Under the pieces are notes generated by a model. It saw only the letters and a list, made by a program, of their open reading frames with translations, was not told the origin of the DNA and did no database searches. A stretch of DNA of 64,000 bases from a virus. Below are positions 28,914-39,572 of the stretch, piece by piece. Positions within the stretch are counted from its first letter, which is position 1. The number at the start of each line of letters is the position of its first letter. The stretch lies in IMG/VR virus record IMGVR_UViG_3300043399_001092, positions 1 through 64,000 of that record. One strand, written 5' to 3'. Position numbers and translations under genes: made by a program.

Positions 28914-31900
28914 TTACTTAGAAGCACCTTCCATGAACTTAATGGCTTGTGTAAAGTCATACTTTCCACTTTGCATTAGTTTCCAAGCTTCAGCAAGATT
29001 TTCATCATTGTAGCTCCACTTACCGCCACTGGCTTCATTGATAGCTGCAACAGCTTCCTTAAATTTGCCGAAGCTCATATCTCTGGTGTTCTTGTACATA
29101 TCCTTGTACATCTGCGCCTTGTACAACTGATTACCCACATTGGAAAGGTCACTGAAGAACTGTCTTCCAAAGTCACGTTGAGCAGCGTCATTCTGCGATT
29201 GGATGTTCTGACGACGGATGCGTTCGGCAGCTTCCATAGCTCCCAAGTTCATCCTGGTATTGGCTTCTTCACCTCTAAGCGCATTGTTCATAGCTCTTTC
29301 CTCCAGTTTAGCTCTAATAGCATTTCTTTCAGCATTGGTGTACGTTTGCATATCCAAAGCTCTTTGAACGTTTGCACTCCGAGCTTGGTTCGATGCCAAT
29401 GCAGCATTACGGTTGTACATAGCTTCATTGAGAGCCGCAGCAAGGTTAACGTTTCTACCGGCCATCATGTTGTTGACCAACCCGGCTTCCCTGTTTAAAC
29501 GCAACTGTTCCTTCTCTGCTGGTTGCAAAGCATCGTACAGGGATTTACCCAGGGCAAGACCTTTAAGTCCAATAGAGGCGTACTCAAGAGGTCGTAGGCG
29601 CAAAGGATCTTCACCGAGGTCTGTAAGTTGAGTACCGGAAACAGCAGAAGGTTGACCTGTAGGAGTTGTTGCTACAGGTTGATCTGGAGTAGGAGTATAT
29701 TCAATTCCTTGTGCCGCTAAATAATCACTAAAGGATTGCGGTTGAGGTACAGGTATTCCATTTGCCTGAATATAATTTTCACTGTTAAACGTCGGAATAA
29801 CTTCCCTGTCTGAAGTGTAAGAAACCGTCGGTAAATTATCTTGAGAAAAATTTTCATAATCTTGTTGTCTTTGTTCAAGCTGCTGTTTTGCATTTAATAC
29901 AGATTGGGCAAATTGACCTAAATCTAAACCAAAAGGAAATGAATTATTTTTAGGTTTTTCTAAAGGAATTTGAACTTTAGCAGCTATCTCCTCCAAACTT
30001 TCTGTTGAAGGTTGAGGTATTAATTTAGGAAAAGGGTTTGGTTCATCAAGGTCTGCAGGATTTTCGTTTAAATAATTTTGCCATTTTTCATAAGCAATTT
30101 TTTTTGCAATATTGGACAAATCATTAATTGCAAAATTTGGTAAATTTCCGCCATTAGGATACTGCGTCATATACCCTCCGTTCTTCCACGTAGCCCTTGC
30201 ATACGCACGGAAGTGAGGATTACCTTCCAAGTTCTTCTTATGTCTTGCGTAGAACGCATCTTTAGCCTTCTCACTGGGGTTGTTCTTCAAGTCGGGATCA
30301 CCAAAGAACTTTACCGTTCCATCTGGACCAGTAACCTTATGCGTCTTCCCTTTGCGCTCACTGCTACGAGTAACCGTGTAGCCACCGTCACCAAACTCCG
30401 GTAGCATACCGCCCATTTCATAGTTAGCAAGATTTAGATCCGGCATAGAATCAATGAATCCACCATCCTCATGTTTCTTGGCCATAGCTTTAAACGTCTT
30501 AGCCAAGTTATACCGCTTAGAACCCGGAGGACAAGAAGGACCGCCGAACTTACTACCGGTACACACACCTTCGGTTCCCCGGCGTTTGATGGAAGCAGTA
30601 GCCTTTTGAATCCAACCACCTTTCTTATATTCATCCAAAGGTGCTTCCGGTACTTGCAGCATACCGCCGTTTTGATACGGGTAGGTAGGAAAGTCAAGAC
30701 CCCCTCCCCAACGGAACTCACCGCCTTCTTGGGGCATCTGTTGTTCCATACCTTGTGGCATTGGTTGACCTTGACCTTGTTGCATCATCTGTTGCTGCAT
30801 CATCATCTGCATCATCTGATCTTGGGACATTTGAGGTTGTCCTTGTTGCATCGGCATTTGTTGTTGCATCATAGCCTCTTGCTCTTGCATCTGTTGCATC
30901 TGTGCCATTTCTTCTTGTTCTTTCTGAATCCGTGCAGCTTCGTTCTTTTGGATAAGCATCTTCATTTCCTTCTCCATTGTCTTCTTGGACAAAGGATCGC
31001 GTTTACCTTTGTACCGGTTGGCAATGGACTTGGAAATTTGAGCAAAGGTTCTACCGTTCTCTCCAAGAGTATCGGAGAACACATAGTTGTTCCAGGATGT
31101 TTCTTTCTTCTCGATTTCACCAACGGCCTTTTTAGGGTTGGTAGTAGGATTACCGCGACCATCAATCATCTGACCGCCATCTTCGTGAGTAGGAGCGTTG
31201 TATTGTTTCAGCATACCGCCGTTTTCATGTTTGTAAAGTTGTTTGAAAGTAGGATTGTCGGTGTCTTCTCCCAACATCATTCTTTGTTCAAAAGGAAGAG
31301 CGTGTCTTGTTTCCCAAATATCTTGAGCAGTCTGAGGAAGGACTGGGAGCATACTTGTTTTTCCAAACGGTCCGGGAGAACGTTGTTGCATCTGAAGATT
31401 AAAGAGCGCATTTTCAATAGCTGTTTGTTTAGCTTGATCAACAACACCTTCTTTTCCGCTTAAAGAATATGCCTCAATAAAATCTAAACCTGGTTGAGCA
31501 ACATCTACTACTCCTTTAGCCACTTTACCTATTCCGGGAATCCATTGACCTACTGCCATTGCAGCCTGACCTTTATCTTTCCAAGTAGGGTAGTTGTATT
31601 GCATCCAACTAACATCTTCAGGAAACACCATCCGCAATGTTTCCGGATCCGAGTTGTTGAAAATTATTTGTTTTTCGTAATCAGTAAACTGCGGTCTTAT
31701 GGGATTCCCGTTATTGTTTGCGGCTTCTTCGGCAGAACGGTTTATTTTGTTGGCAATTAAGTTTTCAGCAACATATCGCATCTTTTCTTTTTCATAGGCT
31801 TCTTCTTTTTGCTTTTTGCTAAAACGAACACCCATTTGTTTTTTAGGATAGTTCTTTACAAAATCTTGTTTGGGATTCATTTGTTCATACTGCCTTGAAA

Positions 31901-32345
31901 TCTGTAACCATTCAGGTATTTGTCCTTTTACAGTTACACCTGGAAGTTCTCCTCCATAGTAGGGTTTTTCAGCAGCAGCTTTTTTTAGATTTTTTATAGC
32001 TGCCTTAGACTTAGGGTCTCCTCCACCCAAAGCTCCGCCATTTGCAAACTTCTTAGTATCCATCCCCGGAGTCATCTTTTCATTGGCCATCGTATTGCCA
32101 CTGGACAAACCATAAGGGTTAGCATTTGCAGTAGCTCTTGCTTTATTGGACATCTGCATCGGAGGTTGTTGCATCATAGGATTTTTTCCATCTATAAAAG
32201 CTGAAAGCATGTTGGCTCCAGTAGAAATTGCTGTTCCGACACCTGGAGCAAAAGCATTAATTGCCATCGAAGCAACAGGGGATTTTGCAACATCAACTAT
32301 TGCTTCAAGAGGATTGACAGACTGCCAAATTCGTTTCTTTCCCAT
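28914..32345 (-). CDS. cargo protein 1-like modular virion protein with repeated [FYHW]xxGG motifs and a Q/M-rich tract
   Basis: 1143 aa following the muzzle gene; THEDGG..EIEKKET..YVFSDTLG..TFA block; Q/M low complexity at ~30730-30920. Confidence 0.65.
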   Translation of the reverse strand: MGKKRIWQSVNPLEAIVDVAKSPVASMAINAFAPGVGTAISTGANMLSAFIDGKNPMMQQPPMQMSNKARATANANPYGLSSGNTMANEKMTPGMDTKKFANGGALGGGDPKSKAAIKNLKKAAAEKPYYGGELPGVTVKGQIPEWLQISRQYEQMNPKQDFVKNYPKKQMGVRFSKKQKEEAYEKEKMRYVAENLIANKINRSAEEAANNNGNPIRPQFTDYEKQIIFNNSDPETLRMVFPEDVSWMQYNYPTWKDKGQAAMAVGQWIPGIGKVAKGVVDVAQPGLDFIEAYSLSGKEGVVDQAKQTAIENALFNLQMQQRSPGPFGKTSMLPVLPQTAQDIWETRHALPFEQRMMLGEDTDNPTFKQLYKHENGGMLKQYNAPTHEDGGQMIDGRGNPTTNPKKAVGEIEKKETSWNNYVFSDTLGENGRTFAQISKSIANRYKGKRDPLSKKTMEKEMKMLIQKNEAARIQKEQEEMAQMQQMQEQEAMMQQQMPMQQGQPQMSQDQMMQMMMQQQMMQQGQGQPMPQGMEQQMPQEGGEFRWGGGLDFPTYPYQNGGMLQVPEAPLDEYKKGGWIQKATASIKRRGTEGVCTGSKFGGPSCPPGSKRYNLAKTFKAMAKKHEDGGFIDSMPDLNLANYEMGGMLPEFGDGGYTVTRSSERKGKTHKVTGPDGTVKFFGDPDLKNNPSEKAKDAFYARHKKNLEGNPHFRAYARATWKNGGYMTQYPNGGNLPNFAINDLSNIAKKIAYEKWQNYLNENPADLDEPNPFPKLIPQPSTESLEEIAAKVQIPLEKPKNNSFPFGLDLGQFAQSVLNAKQQLEQRQQDYENFSQDNLPTVSYTSDREVIPTFNSENYIQANGIPVPQPQSFSDYLAAQGIEYTPTPDQPVATTPTGQPSAVSGTQLTDLGEDPLRLRPLEYASIGLKGLALGKSLYDALQPAEKEQLRLNREAGLVNNMMAGRNVNLAAALNEAMYNRNAALASNQARSANVQRALDMQTYTNAERNAIRAKLEERAMNNALRGEEANTRMNLGAMEAAERIRRQNIQSQNDAAQRDFGRQFFSDLSNVGNQLYKAQMYKDMYKNTRDMSFGKFKEAVAAINEASGGKWSYNDENLAEAWKLMQSGKYDFTQAIKFMEGASK

Positions 32346-35300
32346 TATCGAGGAGTTTTAATAGTTGTAACTGAATTGATGTTAATTGCTGTTCCATAAC
32401 TGGGAGTTTCCGGTTCATACCACAACCGGGTTGCAGCCCATTTACCCCGTACAAAGTCCATATTGAACGCTGACGCGGTTGTATCTATGTTGGTAGGTAC
32501 TAAGTCCACCCAACCATTTCCGAAGCCGTCAGCGTCAAAATACGACTGTATATCGGCCCATCCACGGGATACTACGGGAATACCGGTTGCCAAGTTGTAA
32601 AAACCACTGGTACGGTACTCATCCGCTACCCTCATTACATTCTTTGTGGTAGCACTGTAACCAATGTTTCCCCACGGGTTGGAAATTTGGTTCTGCAAAG
32701 ATATATCCACTTTGCCGCTATTCTGCTCTTCGTTGTACACCATAGCCCCATCAATGGTTCCATAGTTGTTGTCTTCTACCCATTGCCGGGTAATACCGTC
32801 CCAGTACTTGGTGTGACCGACCCACTTAAGGGAATCCACATTGAACGTCTGAAAGCTCTTGGTAACGGTTTCTACAAACGATGGCCACATAGAACCGTAG
32901 AAACTCAAGAACGTATCTGTTCCATGTTTCCAAGCGTAGTCGTTGTGACGATCGTTGAACGTGTAGAAGTACATGTTGTCACTGTAACTGTACGATGGCA
33001 TATAAGAGTGCCACGATACCCAGGACTTGTTGAGGAACGAGTAGGACATCGTCCAACATCGGCTGATAAAGTAGTCCTTGTTGTCGAATCCAATGTCTTC
33101 ATAACTTTCCCCGTTCCAGTGCGCAAATACACACTTATCCACATCGTAGTACAAGTTGTCCTCGATTACTTCAGCCGGAGGTTCAGCAGGTTTATACCCC
33201 AAAAACGCAAACAGGTTAAGTATTTCAAAGTCACGCTTCATTACTATCAGCCGTCTGAACCGAGGATCGTACACACACCGTACTCCTACACCTTTGACCG
33301 AGTTGTTGTTGACGCAGCAATAGTCGTTAATACCGAACAACTGTAACTGTTGCAGCAACTTCATGGGAAGGTTATCCCTAAACCAGTTCTTGGTTCCTTG
33401 TGCAGATATTTCCTGTACACCCTCAAAGAACTGAAACACCCGGCCGTCTTTTGCATCTATCCAACAGTGACCAAAGGGAGTATCGCAGATAGACTGAGGT
33501 TCATCTGCACCGGCATAACCAAAGTTCCTACGTTGTACAGCCTCCGGCGGAATGGACAAGAAGTCACCAGTGCCGATGTACAGGTTGGTCTGGTCCAGTT
33601 GCATCTGTTGTGGGTTGGGAGCCATAAACCAAGTAGTGTCCTGGGTATGTACCAACATCCGGTTTTTATCGAACCACAGACCGGTTATATCACCCGTAGT
33701 AGCATCCAGATCAAGATAGTCGTTTGCAGCATTGACTCTCCAGTTCTCGGATACAGATTCATCCTGGGACTTGGGCGACCAAATGATACGGGTAGGATAA
33801 AGACCGTAACAGTCGGAACAGTAGTTGATGAACCGGTTGTAGTTTGTTCCCGTATCTACACGATTGACAAAAGCGTAGTCTTGGTTCAACCTAAACTCTT
33901 CTTCAGCAGCATTGTCGTAACGAGAAAGTATTTCAAAAGTGTCAAGGAAAAATCCTTGCAGATAAGGTATATTATTATCCGATTGAAGGACAAAATTTAC
34001 CATCCCTTGCAATCCCACATAGTGATGTGGAAAGTAAAACGAGTTAGGAAATATAGTTCCGTGTCGCAATTCAGAGTTAATGTCGCTTTCAAATCCAGAA
34101 AACATTACACCTCTCATTTGAGCACCTACTCCATAAGCCAAACTACTCTGTCCTTTTGGAGCAAGTTTCTTAAAGCCAAAAAAGTTTATGAAGCAATCAC
34201 CGTTAAAAAATGAGTAGCTTTTGTCGCCAGTAACTTTTTTTAGAAGTATTGTATCTGTATTAAAAAGATCCGAGTTTACGTTTGGATTAAATTTCTTTAC
34301 TGCCACATAGTGACACTTTTGATCTTGGTAAACTTGAGGATTTCCGTTAAGTCCTGTTGTATCAAGTATTACACAAGAGGCATTTGTAAAGTAATCAATG
34401 TCAGCGTTCAGTTTTGAAAAAGTAGCTGAATGATAAACATTTGACATGTTTAACGGATAGATGTCCGTACCTATCAAAAACCCTTGTGCATCGTAACTTC
34501 GAGGAGATACATACTTTGACTCTTCGATATTTCTGTTGTACCACTCCTCGAACAAGTCCGGCTGTGTCCATTTTTCTTGTCCGAGAAACAAAGTCCACAT
34601 TCCATCAGGGTGTCCATTGTCGTTAAATCCAACATACGAATAGTATTTGGTTCCCTCTCTTCTATAATAATACCCGCTATGACTTGAAGGATAAAACTTT
34701 TGTCGAGGCGAGTGAAAAATTGTAATATTGAATTCTTCTATTTGTGGTCTTCCCACTTGAACTATATTTAGTCCCTCGGTTACAAAATAGTCGTTTGATG
34801 CAGTAACCGGAATTGCGCTTGAATACAAAGCTCCACTTATCGGGTTTGAAGGATAGGTGAAATTTATACTTGCCGGAAACATTGGAAATGCATCAGAGTA
34901 ATACGGGTACTTTCCGCTATCTGCTTCGGCAGCACCGTTTGAATAAACAGGACTTGGGTTATACCTTATGGCATGATATAAGATTCCTTTGTCTATAACC
35001 GTTGAATTTTCTGGAGTTCTTTTGGTAATTCCTATTTCATAATACTCGACATCATTTGCGTATTGTGCTGGAAATTGTACATTAAACACACAAAGACTTA
35101 TCTTTTTCTTTTCACCAAGCTGTGTGTTGAAATCAAGTTTCCAAAGGTAATCTACGCAACCAAGATCGGGTACACGATGATGTCTAATATATTCTCCGGT
35201 TAAAGCATTGCCCCAGTAATCTTCGCCCCAATAATCCTGCCCATCGCAAGATTCAACTTCGGGATATTTTTCTTCGCATTGATAGTAGGCCATTACATTT

Positions 35301-36961
35301 AAGTAATCACCGTTTGTAAAATTATAGTTGATGCCAGTATTGAACAAAAGCCATCGAGGAATAAGTGTATTACCAACGGTTCCTTTTGCAGGGTCAGTAT
35401 TTAACCCATATCCAATATCTGTTGTAACTGTCGTTACTCCAAACTGTTTTACCTCTTCAATATCAATCTGGTCGGATGTTCCTATACCGACACCTGTTTC
35501 AACAACTAAAGTGTAACTATCCCATCCTTCTCCTGTTGGACACAAAGGTCTTGTGTAACTATAGGCATTTCCTGAAGACACCATCATCAAATTTGACAAC
35601 GTGTTTATAGAAATGTCCGATTGTTTAAAAACACCTGCTGCATCCATTGGCCTTCCAGGAACGTGAAACTGCGGTCCCGTAATTCCTCCTTTCATTACTG
35701 GACGAATCCAAATGGAGTACACCTCGTCCGACATAAACGTTGTATGGTTTATGTAAAAGGATGCTGTGTTGTTTCTTGGAAGATTGTAAGGATAGGACTG
35801 ACCTCTTGCAAAAACAGCCGCCGGGTTATTGTTTGACGGAAACTGAAAAGGAAAGTACAATACGTACGGAGGTGCATATTGAGCAATATCGTCTGAGTTT
35901 TGAGGAACTTCCTCTACTGTCCAGTTAACAAGAGCTTTTGAAATCTCTCTTTGGAAAATAGACCAATCGTATGTCTTCTCCTCAAGATTAGCTCTCACCA
36001 ATCTCCCGGTTACAATCTCGTGGGTTTTGGACTTGGTGTAAAAGGAATTGGGTACAACCAACGGTTTAGCGTCCGCTCTGGTCACACTGGAAGCGTTTAG
36101 CGTAGAAAACTCCAAGTACGTTACTGTGTCCGTTATCTGCCTCAAGTCGTTTGTGTAGAACGTCTCATACGTCAATCCGTCACCGGTACGATAGATATTG
36201 GCGTACAACCGTAGGTAGATAACGTTCTCCGGAACGTTGGTCACAGAAAACCGCAAACGTTTATTGGTTAACGGAACACCACCGTCAGTAGCCGGTACTT
36301 GTTCGATATTAGCACCACCGTCACTGTTGTCAACAATGATAATCTGCGCCAACTCGTTACTTACACCGATACGGTTAAGGTCACGGTCAAGGCACTCCAC
36401 AAAGAACGTGTACGATCCCAAAGGAAGTGCGCCACCAATCAACGTAGTTTCATAAGACAGAATCGGCTGCCGGGTAAAGAAAGCTAAATCTGCTTTGGTG
36501 CAGTCAAACTCTTCTCCTGTATAGTAATCCTGCAACCGGTCAATATTGAGGTACTTATCCGTATTCTTACCATCGTACAGCGTTATTACTCGCTCACAGC
36601 CGTTGATGATCTTGAACACCCCTCGGATAGGGTAGCAAGGGTCAAAACCAAGACAATCGGTTGCCAATATCTGTTGGTAGGTACAGTCCATTGCTACACC
36701 CAAGTAAGACGTAGTACCGTCCGTAGAACACACCAACACTGAGTTGTTGTTCATTTCAACGTGACCAACAACCGTTTGTCCAGTACCTACCTGATAGCAG
36801 AATTGATTAGAAGCCTCGGATACCAAGTTTCCATCAAACTCTGCATCGGAGACGTTCATGTTGAGGGCAGAACGCCAAGTACCCTCCGGTTGATCCAGAG
36901 GGTGCATATCGGTGATTAGACCTTTTATAGGTTTGTCGGGTTTTTCTTCGATCAGGTCCAT
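32345..36961 (-). CDS. tail stabilisation / muzzle protein (P22 gp10-like, crAss Tstab)
   Basis: 1538 aa beta-rich; KGLITDMHPLDQPEGTWRSALN N-terminus; TFMSDEVY, WTMSYSF..WVSWHSY; follows the tail tubular gene. Confidence 0.8.
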   Translation of the reverse strand: MDLIEEKPDKPIKGLITDMHPLDQPEGTWRSALNMNVSDAEFDGNLVSEASNQFCYQVGTGQTVVGHVEMNNNSVLVCSTDGTTSYLGVAMDCTYQQILATDCLGFDPCYPIRGVFKIINGCERVITLYDGKNTDKYLNIDRLQDYYTGEEFDCTKADLAFFTRQPILSYETTLIGGALPLGSYTFFVECLDRDLNRIGVSNELAQIIIVDNSDGGANIEQVPATDGGVPLTNKRLRFSVTNVPENVIYLRLYANIYRTGDGLTYETFYTNDLRQITDTVTYLEFSTLNASSVTRADAKPLVVPNSFYTKSKTHEIVTGRLVRANLEEKTYDWSIFQREISKALVNWTVEEVPQNSDDIAQYAPPYVLYFPFQFPSNNNPAAVFARGQSYPYNLPRNNTASFYINHTTFMSDEVYSIWIRPVMKGGITGPQFHVPGRPMDAAGVFKQSDISINTLSNLMMVSSGNAYSYTRPLCPTGEGWDSYTLVVETGVGIGTSDQIDIEEVKQFGVTTVTTDIGYGLNTDPAKGTVGNTLIPRWLLFNTGINYNFTNGDYLNVMAYYQCEEKYPEVESCDGQDYWGEDYWGNALTGEYIRHHRVPDLGCVDYLWKLDFNTQLGEKKKISLCVFNVQFPAQYANDVEYYEIGITKRTPENSTVIDKGILYHAIRYNPSPVYSNGAAEADSGKYPYYSDAFPMFPASINFTYPSNPISGALYSSAIPVTASNDYFVTEGLNIVQVGRPQIEEFNITIFHSPRQKFYPSSHSGYYYRREGTKYYSYVGFNDNGHPDGMWTLFLGQEKWTQPDLFEEWYNRNIEESKYVSPRSYDAQGFLIGTDIYPLNMSNVYHSATFSKLNADIDYFTNASCVILDTTGLNGNPQVYQDQKCHYVAVKKFNPNVNSDLFNTDTILLKKVTGDKSYSFFNGDCFINFFGFKKLAPKGQSSLAYGVGAQMRGVMFSGFESDINSELRHGTIFPNSFYFPHHYVGLQGMVNFVLQSDNNIPYLQGFFLDTFEILSRYDNAAEEEFRLNQDYAFVNRVDTGTNYNRFINYCSDCYGLYPTRIIWSPKSQDESVSENWRVNAANDYLDLDATTGDITGLWFDKNRMLVHTQDTTWFMAPNPQQMQLDQTNLYIGTGDFLSIPPEAVQRRNFGYAGADEPQSICDTPFGHCWIDAKDGRVFQFFEGVQEISAQGTKNWFRDNLPMKLLQQLQLFGINDYCCVNNNSVKGVGVRCVYDPRFRRLIVMKRDFEILNLFAFLGYKPAEPPAEVIEDNLYYDVDKCVFAHWNGESYEDIGFDNKDYFISRCWTMSYSFLNKSWVSWHSYMPSYSYSDNMYFYTFNDRHNDYAWKHGTDTFLSFYGSMWPSFVETVTKSFQTFNVDSLKWVGHTKYWDGITRQWVEDNNYGTIDGAMVYNEEQNSGKVDISLQNQISNPWGNIGYSATTKNVMRVADEYRTSGFYNLATGIPVVSRGWADIQSYFDADGFGNGWVDLVPTNIDTTASAFNMDFVRGKWAATRLWYEPETPSYGTAININSVTTIKTPR

Positions 36962-37770
36962 ACAGATTTGAATCTAAGGTAAACAAGGTTTCTTCCTTGG
37001 ATGCTGTTGATCTTACGTCTATCCAATCCATGAGCAATAGCACGACCCCGGAATCTCTTCAGACGTATTTCAGCTTTCTGTAGAGCATCATCGGCAATCT
37101 TCATCATTGCCTCTTCTTTGGTCCACATTCTGTTCCTGGCTTCCATTGCTTCCGCATAAAAAGCCAATCCTTGTTTGAGGTCTTCATCATCCGGAATCAT
37201 GGGAGTACCATCGTCACAGGTAACTTCACCGAGGTAGTCAAAACAAATCCATCCGGTTGCATGGTTATGGACTACCATGTTGCCATTGTGGTTGAGGGAG
37301 AAGTAGCTGCTACACGTCAGATTAGTCGGATTGGGACAGTCTTCACAGAATACGTTATTGGCCGTTCCCATGTAGATCAGTTCCTCACCGCGTTTGTACA
37401 CCACCGAGTTTTCCCATATGCGATAGAACACCGTGGTACAGGGAGGTCCAATGGTATCTGCAAGGGTACTTTCACCTTGAGGAGTAGTATCCTCCGCAGT
37501 AGCTGTAGAAGTGGAACAGAGGTCTTCCACGTCACTTTGACACGGCATATCCTCCCACCAGGTAACCCGGACTATCCGCTTCCAGTCACAGGGTAGTTCA
37601 ACCCGGTTGTCTTTGACTTCCAGTACTTCAATCTTACGCTCAAAGCGGTTCGACAATTCCATCGTCCGATAAGCTTGGATAGCTAAATCAAGGATGGTAT
37701 CATCATCGGTTTGTTTGCGCATGTTTTGGGAAACATACGACAGAACGGTTTTTATAGGGATGTATCTCAT
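36952..37770 (-). CDS. tail tubular / ring protein (crAss Ttub-like)
   Basis: YIPIKTVL..LEVKDNRVELPCD..DDGTPMIPDD pattern; lies between the IHF-like and muzzle genes. Confidence 0.75.
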   Translation of the reverse strand: MRYIPIKTVLSYVSQNMRKQTDDDTILDLAIQAYRTMELSNRFERKIEVLEVKDNRVELPCDWKRIVRVTWWEDMPCQSDVEDLCSTSTATAEDTTPQGESTLADTIGPPCTTVFYRIWENSVVYKRGEELIYMGTANNVFCEDCPNPTNLTCSSYFSLNHNGNMVVHNHATGWICFDYLGEVTCDDGTPMIPDDEDLKQGLAFYAEAMEARNRMWTKEEAMMKIADDALQKAEIRLKRFRGRAIAHGLDRRKINSIQGRNLVYLRFKSVWT

Positions 37771-38237
37771 GTTCGTCCAGAGAAATTAAAGAAATCAACT
37801 TTGTCGCACCGGTCGAGGAACGTTTTTTTGGCAATAGTGAACTTGTACAGATCGGTAGCTCTATGGTTTCCCTTGCGCCAATCCACCAGTAACCCATAAC
37901 CGTCGTTCATCGGCATCTTGTCTGTTATCCACAGACCCTTATCCCGGTGCGTATGTCCATATCTCTTGATGCTTTTGGCAAAGGATACCCTTGACCTTTT
38001 GTATTTCTTCAATCGAAGAACTCCCAGTTTATAGGGCAGTTCAACCGGTAGGCCCTGGAACAAGGTATCCAGTAACCCATCAAAGTGCTTATACAGGATC
38101 TTCTTCCACTCTTCGAACGTCACCGAGTACTCATCATCGGTTCGTTCTTTCTTTGGAACATACGGCTTTGAGTTACCACACTGCTTCTTGTGTTCGTACA
38201 TCATGTACAGCTCCATCAGACCTACACGTTTTTTCAT
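37767..38237 (-). CDS. IHF/HU-like basic DNA-binding protein
   Basis: FEEWKKIL..GLPVELPYKLGVLRLKK pattern; basic; conserved crAss-like position. Confidence 0.65.
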   Translation of the reverse strand: MKKRVGLMELYMMYEHKKQCGNSKPYVPKKERTDDEYSVTFEEWKKILYKHFDGLLDTLFQGLPVELPYKLGVLRLKKYKRSRVSFAKSIKRYGHTHRDKGLWITDKMPMNDGYGLLVDWRKGNHRATDLYKFTIAKKTFLDRCDKVDFFNFSGRT

Positions 38238-38917
38238 TAGTTCGTTGGATTAGCGTTGTTCGTCATATCGTGGGGGAACTGCTCTTTGATACCCAAGAAC
38301 TTCAGTACCCTTTCGTAGGCCATTAGTTCATAAGCACCTTTCATCTGAAGATCTACCAGGTACGGGTCAATACACGTTTCCCCGGTGTAGTTGCCGTTCT
38401 CATCACACTTGGGTATGGAAGCCAGTTCAACTACATCTTCGGGAACCATGTCCACCCGTACTACCCGAGGGCGTACGTTGTTGGTATCTGCGTTCCACAA
38501 GATAAGGTAGCGATCCCGGATCTCCCAACCAATAGCGTTCTTTCTGAATTGCGACCACTTAAAAGACTCGGCTTGTTCTTTGGTCATGGGAACCAAACGT
38601 TGTTCACCGAGCGTATAAACCTCCATACTATCCCGGACACGTTGCGTCAAAGATCGAGGAATCTGGAACTTAGACTTGAGTACCACGCATCCAACGGGTA
38701 CACAGGAACAGTCGTGTGATGTTGCCACACACATTGGTACACAGATAGAGTATCTGTCGAAGTTAGACTTGAACTCAAACTTGTTGTACTCCTTGTCCAG
38801 GATTTCTGCCCTGGCTTTAGCGAGTAGTTCGTAGAGCAACTCATCAGTGTAGGTATTGTCGTCACTGGTCTTGTTGATCAGCGACCTGATTATCGATATT
38901 CCTTCTTGTACGGTCAT
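38237..38917 (-). CDS. tail ring/adaptor structural protein
   Basis: MTVQEGISIIR..RAEIL..Cys cluster..DMTNNAN C-terminus typical of crAss-like ring proteins; synteny. Confidence 0.6.
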   Translation of the reverse strand: MTVQEGISIIRSLINKTSDDNTYTDELLYELLAKARAEILDKEYNKFEFKSNFDRYSICVPMCVATSHDCSCVPVGCVVLKSKFQIPRSLTQRVRDSMEVYTLGEQRLVPMTKEQAESFKWSQFRKNAIGWEIRDRYLILWNADTNNVRPRVVRVDMVPEDVVELASIPKCDENGNYTGETCIDPYLVDLQMKGAYELMAYERVLKFLGIKEQFPHDMTNNANPTN

Positions 38918-39572
38918 CGTAGTATTGTTTTAAGGTTTCGGTAACGTCCGGTACAGGATAGACCTTGTAGTACTTGTTACCATCCTCCGTTAAGTGTATC
39001 AACCATCTTTCGTCTATGTCTATAACCTGCTCCAGAGCAAGTTCATAGTGTCCCAACTGCAACATGTACCGGTTGTGAGCATTGTTGATGTACTCCCCAA
39101 ACGGTTCATACAAACTATCTCCATAGTCCTTGTGCAGCGTTTCATTGGTCTTCCAGTCAGCAAGGATGATCTTTCCATCAACCTTGAGCAACAGGTCGGC
39201 CGTACCAAAGTAGTTCAAGTCGTAGTGGTACAACCGCTGTTCTGTTTGCAGCACCTCCGGATTTACATCCATCAAGAATTGCACCACTCCAAGCTCTTTG
39301 TTGTTTCTGGGCTTACCACAGTACTCAATGTAGTTCTCCGCAAACTCGTGTACCCTTGTACCGGCGGCTGCTGCTTTGTCACCCTTTTCCTTCCATTGTT
39401 TCCTCAAGTAGCTCGGAGCTTTGCTTCCGTCAAACTCCTTGTAGAATTTCTTTATCACGGAAGACACACTGGGTGCGGTCTTTCCGTTAAGAGTGTACCG
39501 ATGAAGAGCTTCATCGAACACAATGTCACCAAACTTTTCAATAAGGCTTTCCGCCGAATACGATCTTTCCAT
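38862..39572 (-). CDS. PD-(D/E)XK (Cas4/RecB-like) exonuclease
   Basis: HRY..PSVSSVI..GTRVHEFAE..EQRL..GTADLL..LADWKT..YMLQLGHY. Confidence 0.85.
   Translation of the reverse strand: MERSYSAESLIEKFGDIVFDEALHRYTLNGKTAPSVSSVIKKFYKEFDGSKAPSYLRKQWKEKGDKAAAAGTRVHEFAENYIEYCGKPRNNKELGVVQFLMDVNPEVLQTEQRLYHYDLNYFGTADLLLKVDGKIILADWKTNETLHKDYGDSLYEPFGEYINNAHNRYMLQLGHYELALEQVIDIDERWLIHLTEDGNKYYKVYPVPDVTETLKQYYDDRTRRNIDNQVADQQDQ

Noticed and set aside
30471-31463. His/Leu-rich 330-aa plus-strand ORF
   Set aside because: Reverse complement of the Q/M tract (CAG/ATG codons) in the cargo gene.
38862-39572. Cas4 as part of a CRISPR-Cas locus
   Set aside because: No Fe-S cysteine cluster, no other cas genes and no array; it is a generic phage PD-(D/E)XK nuclease.
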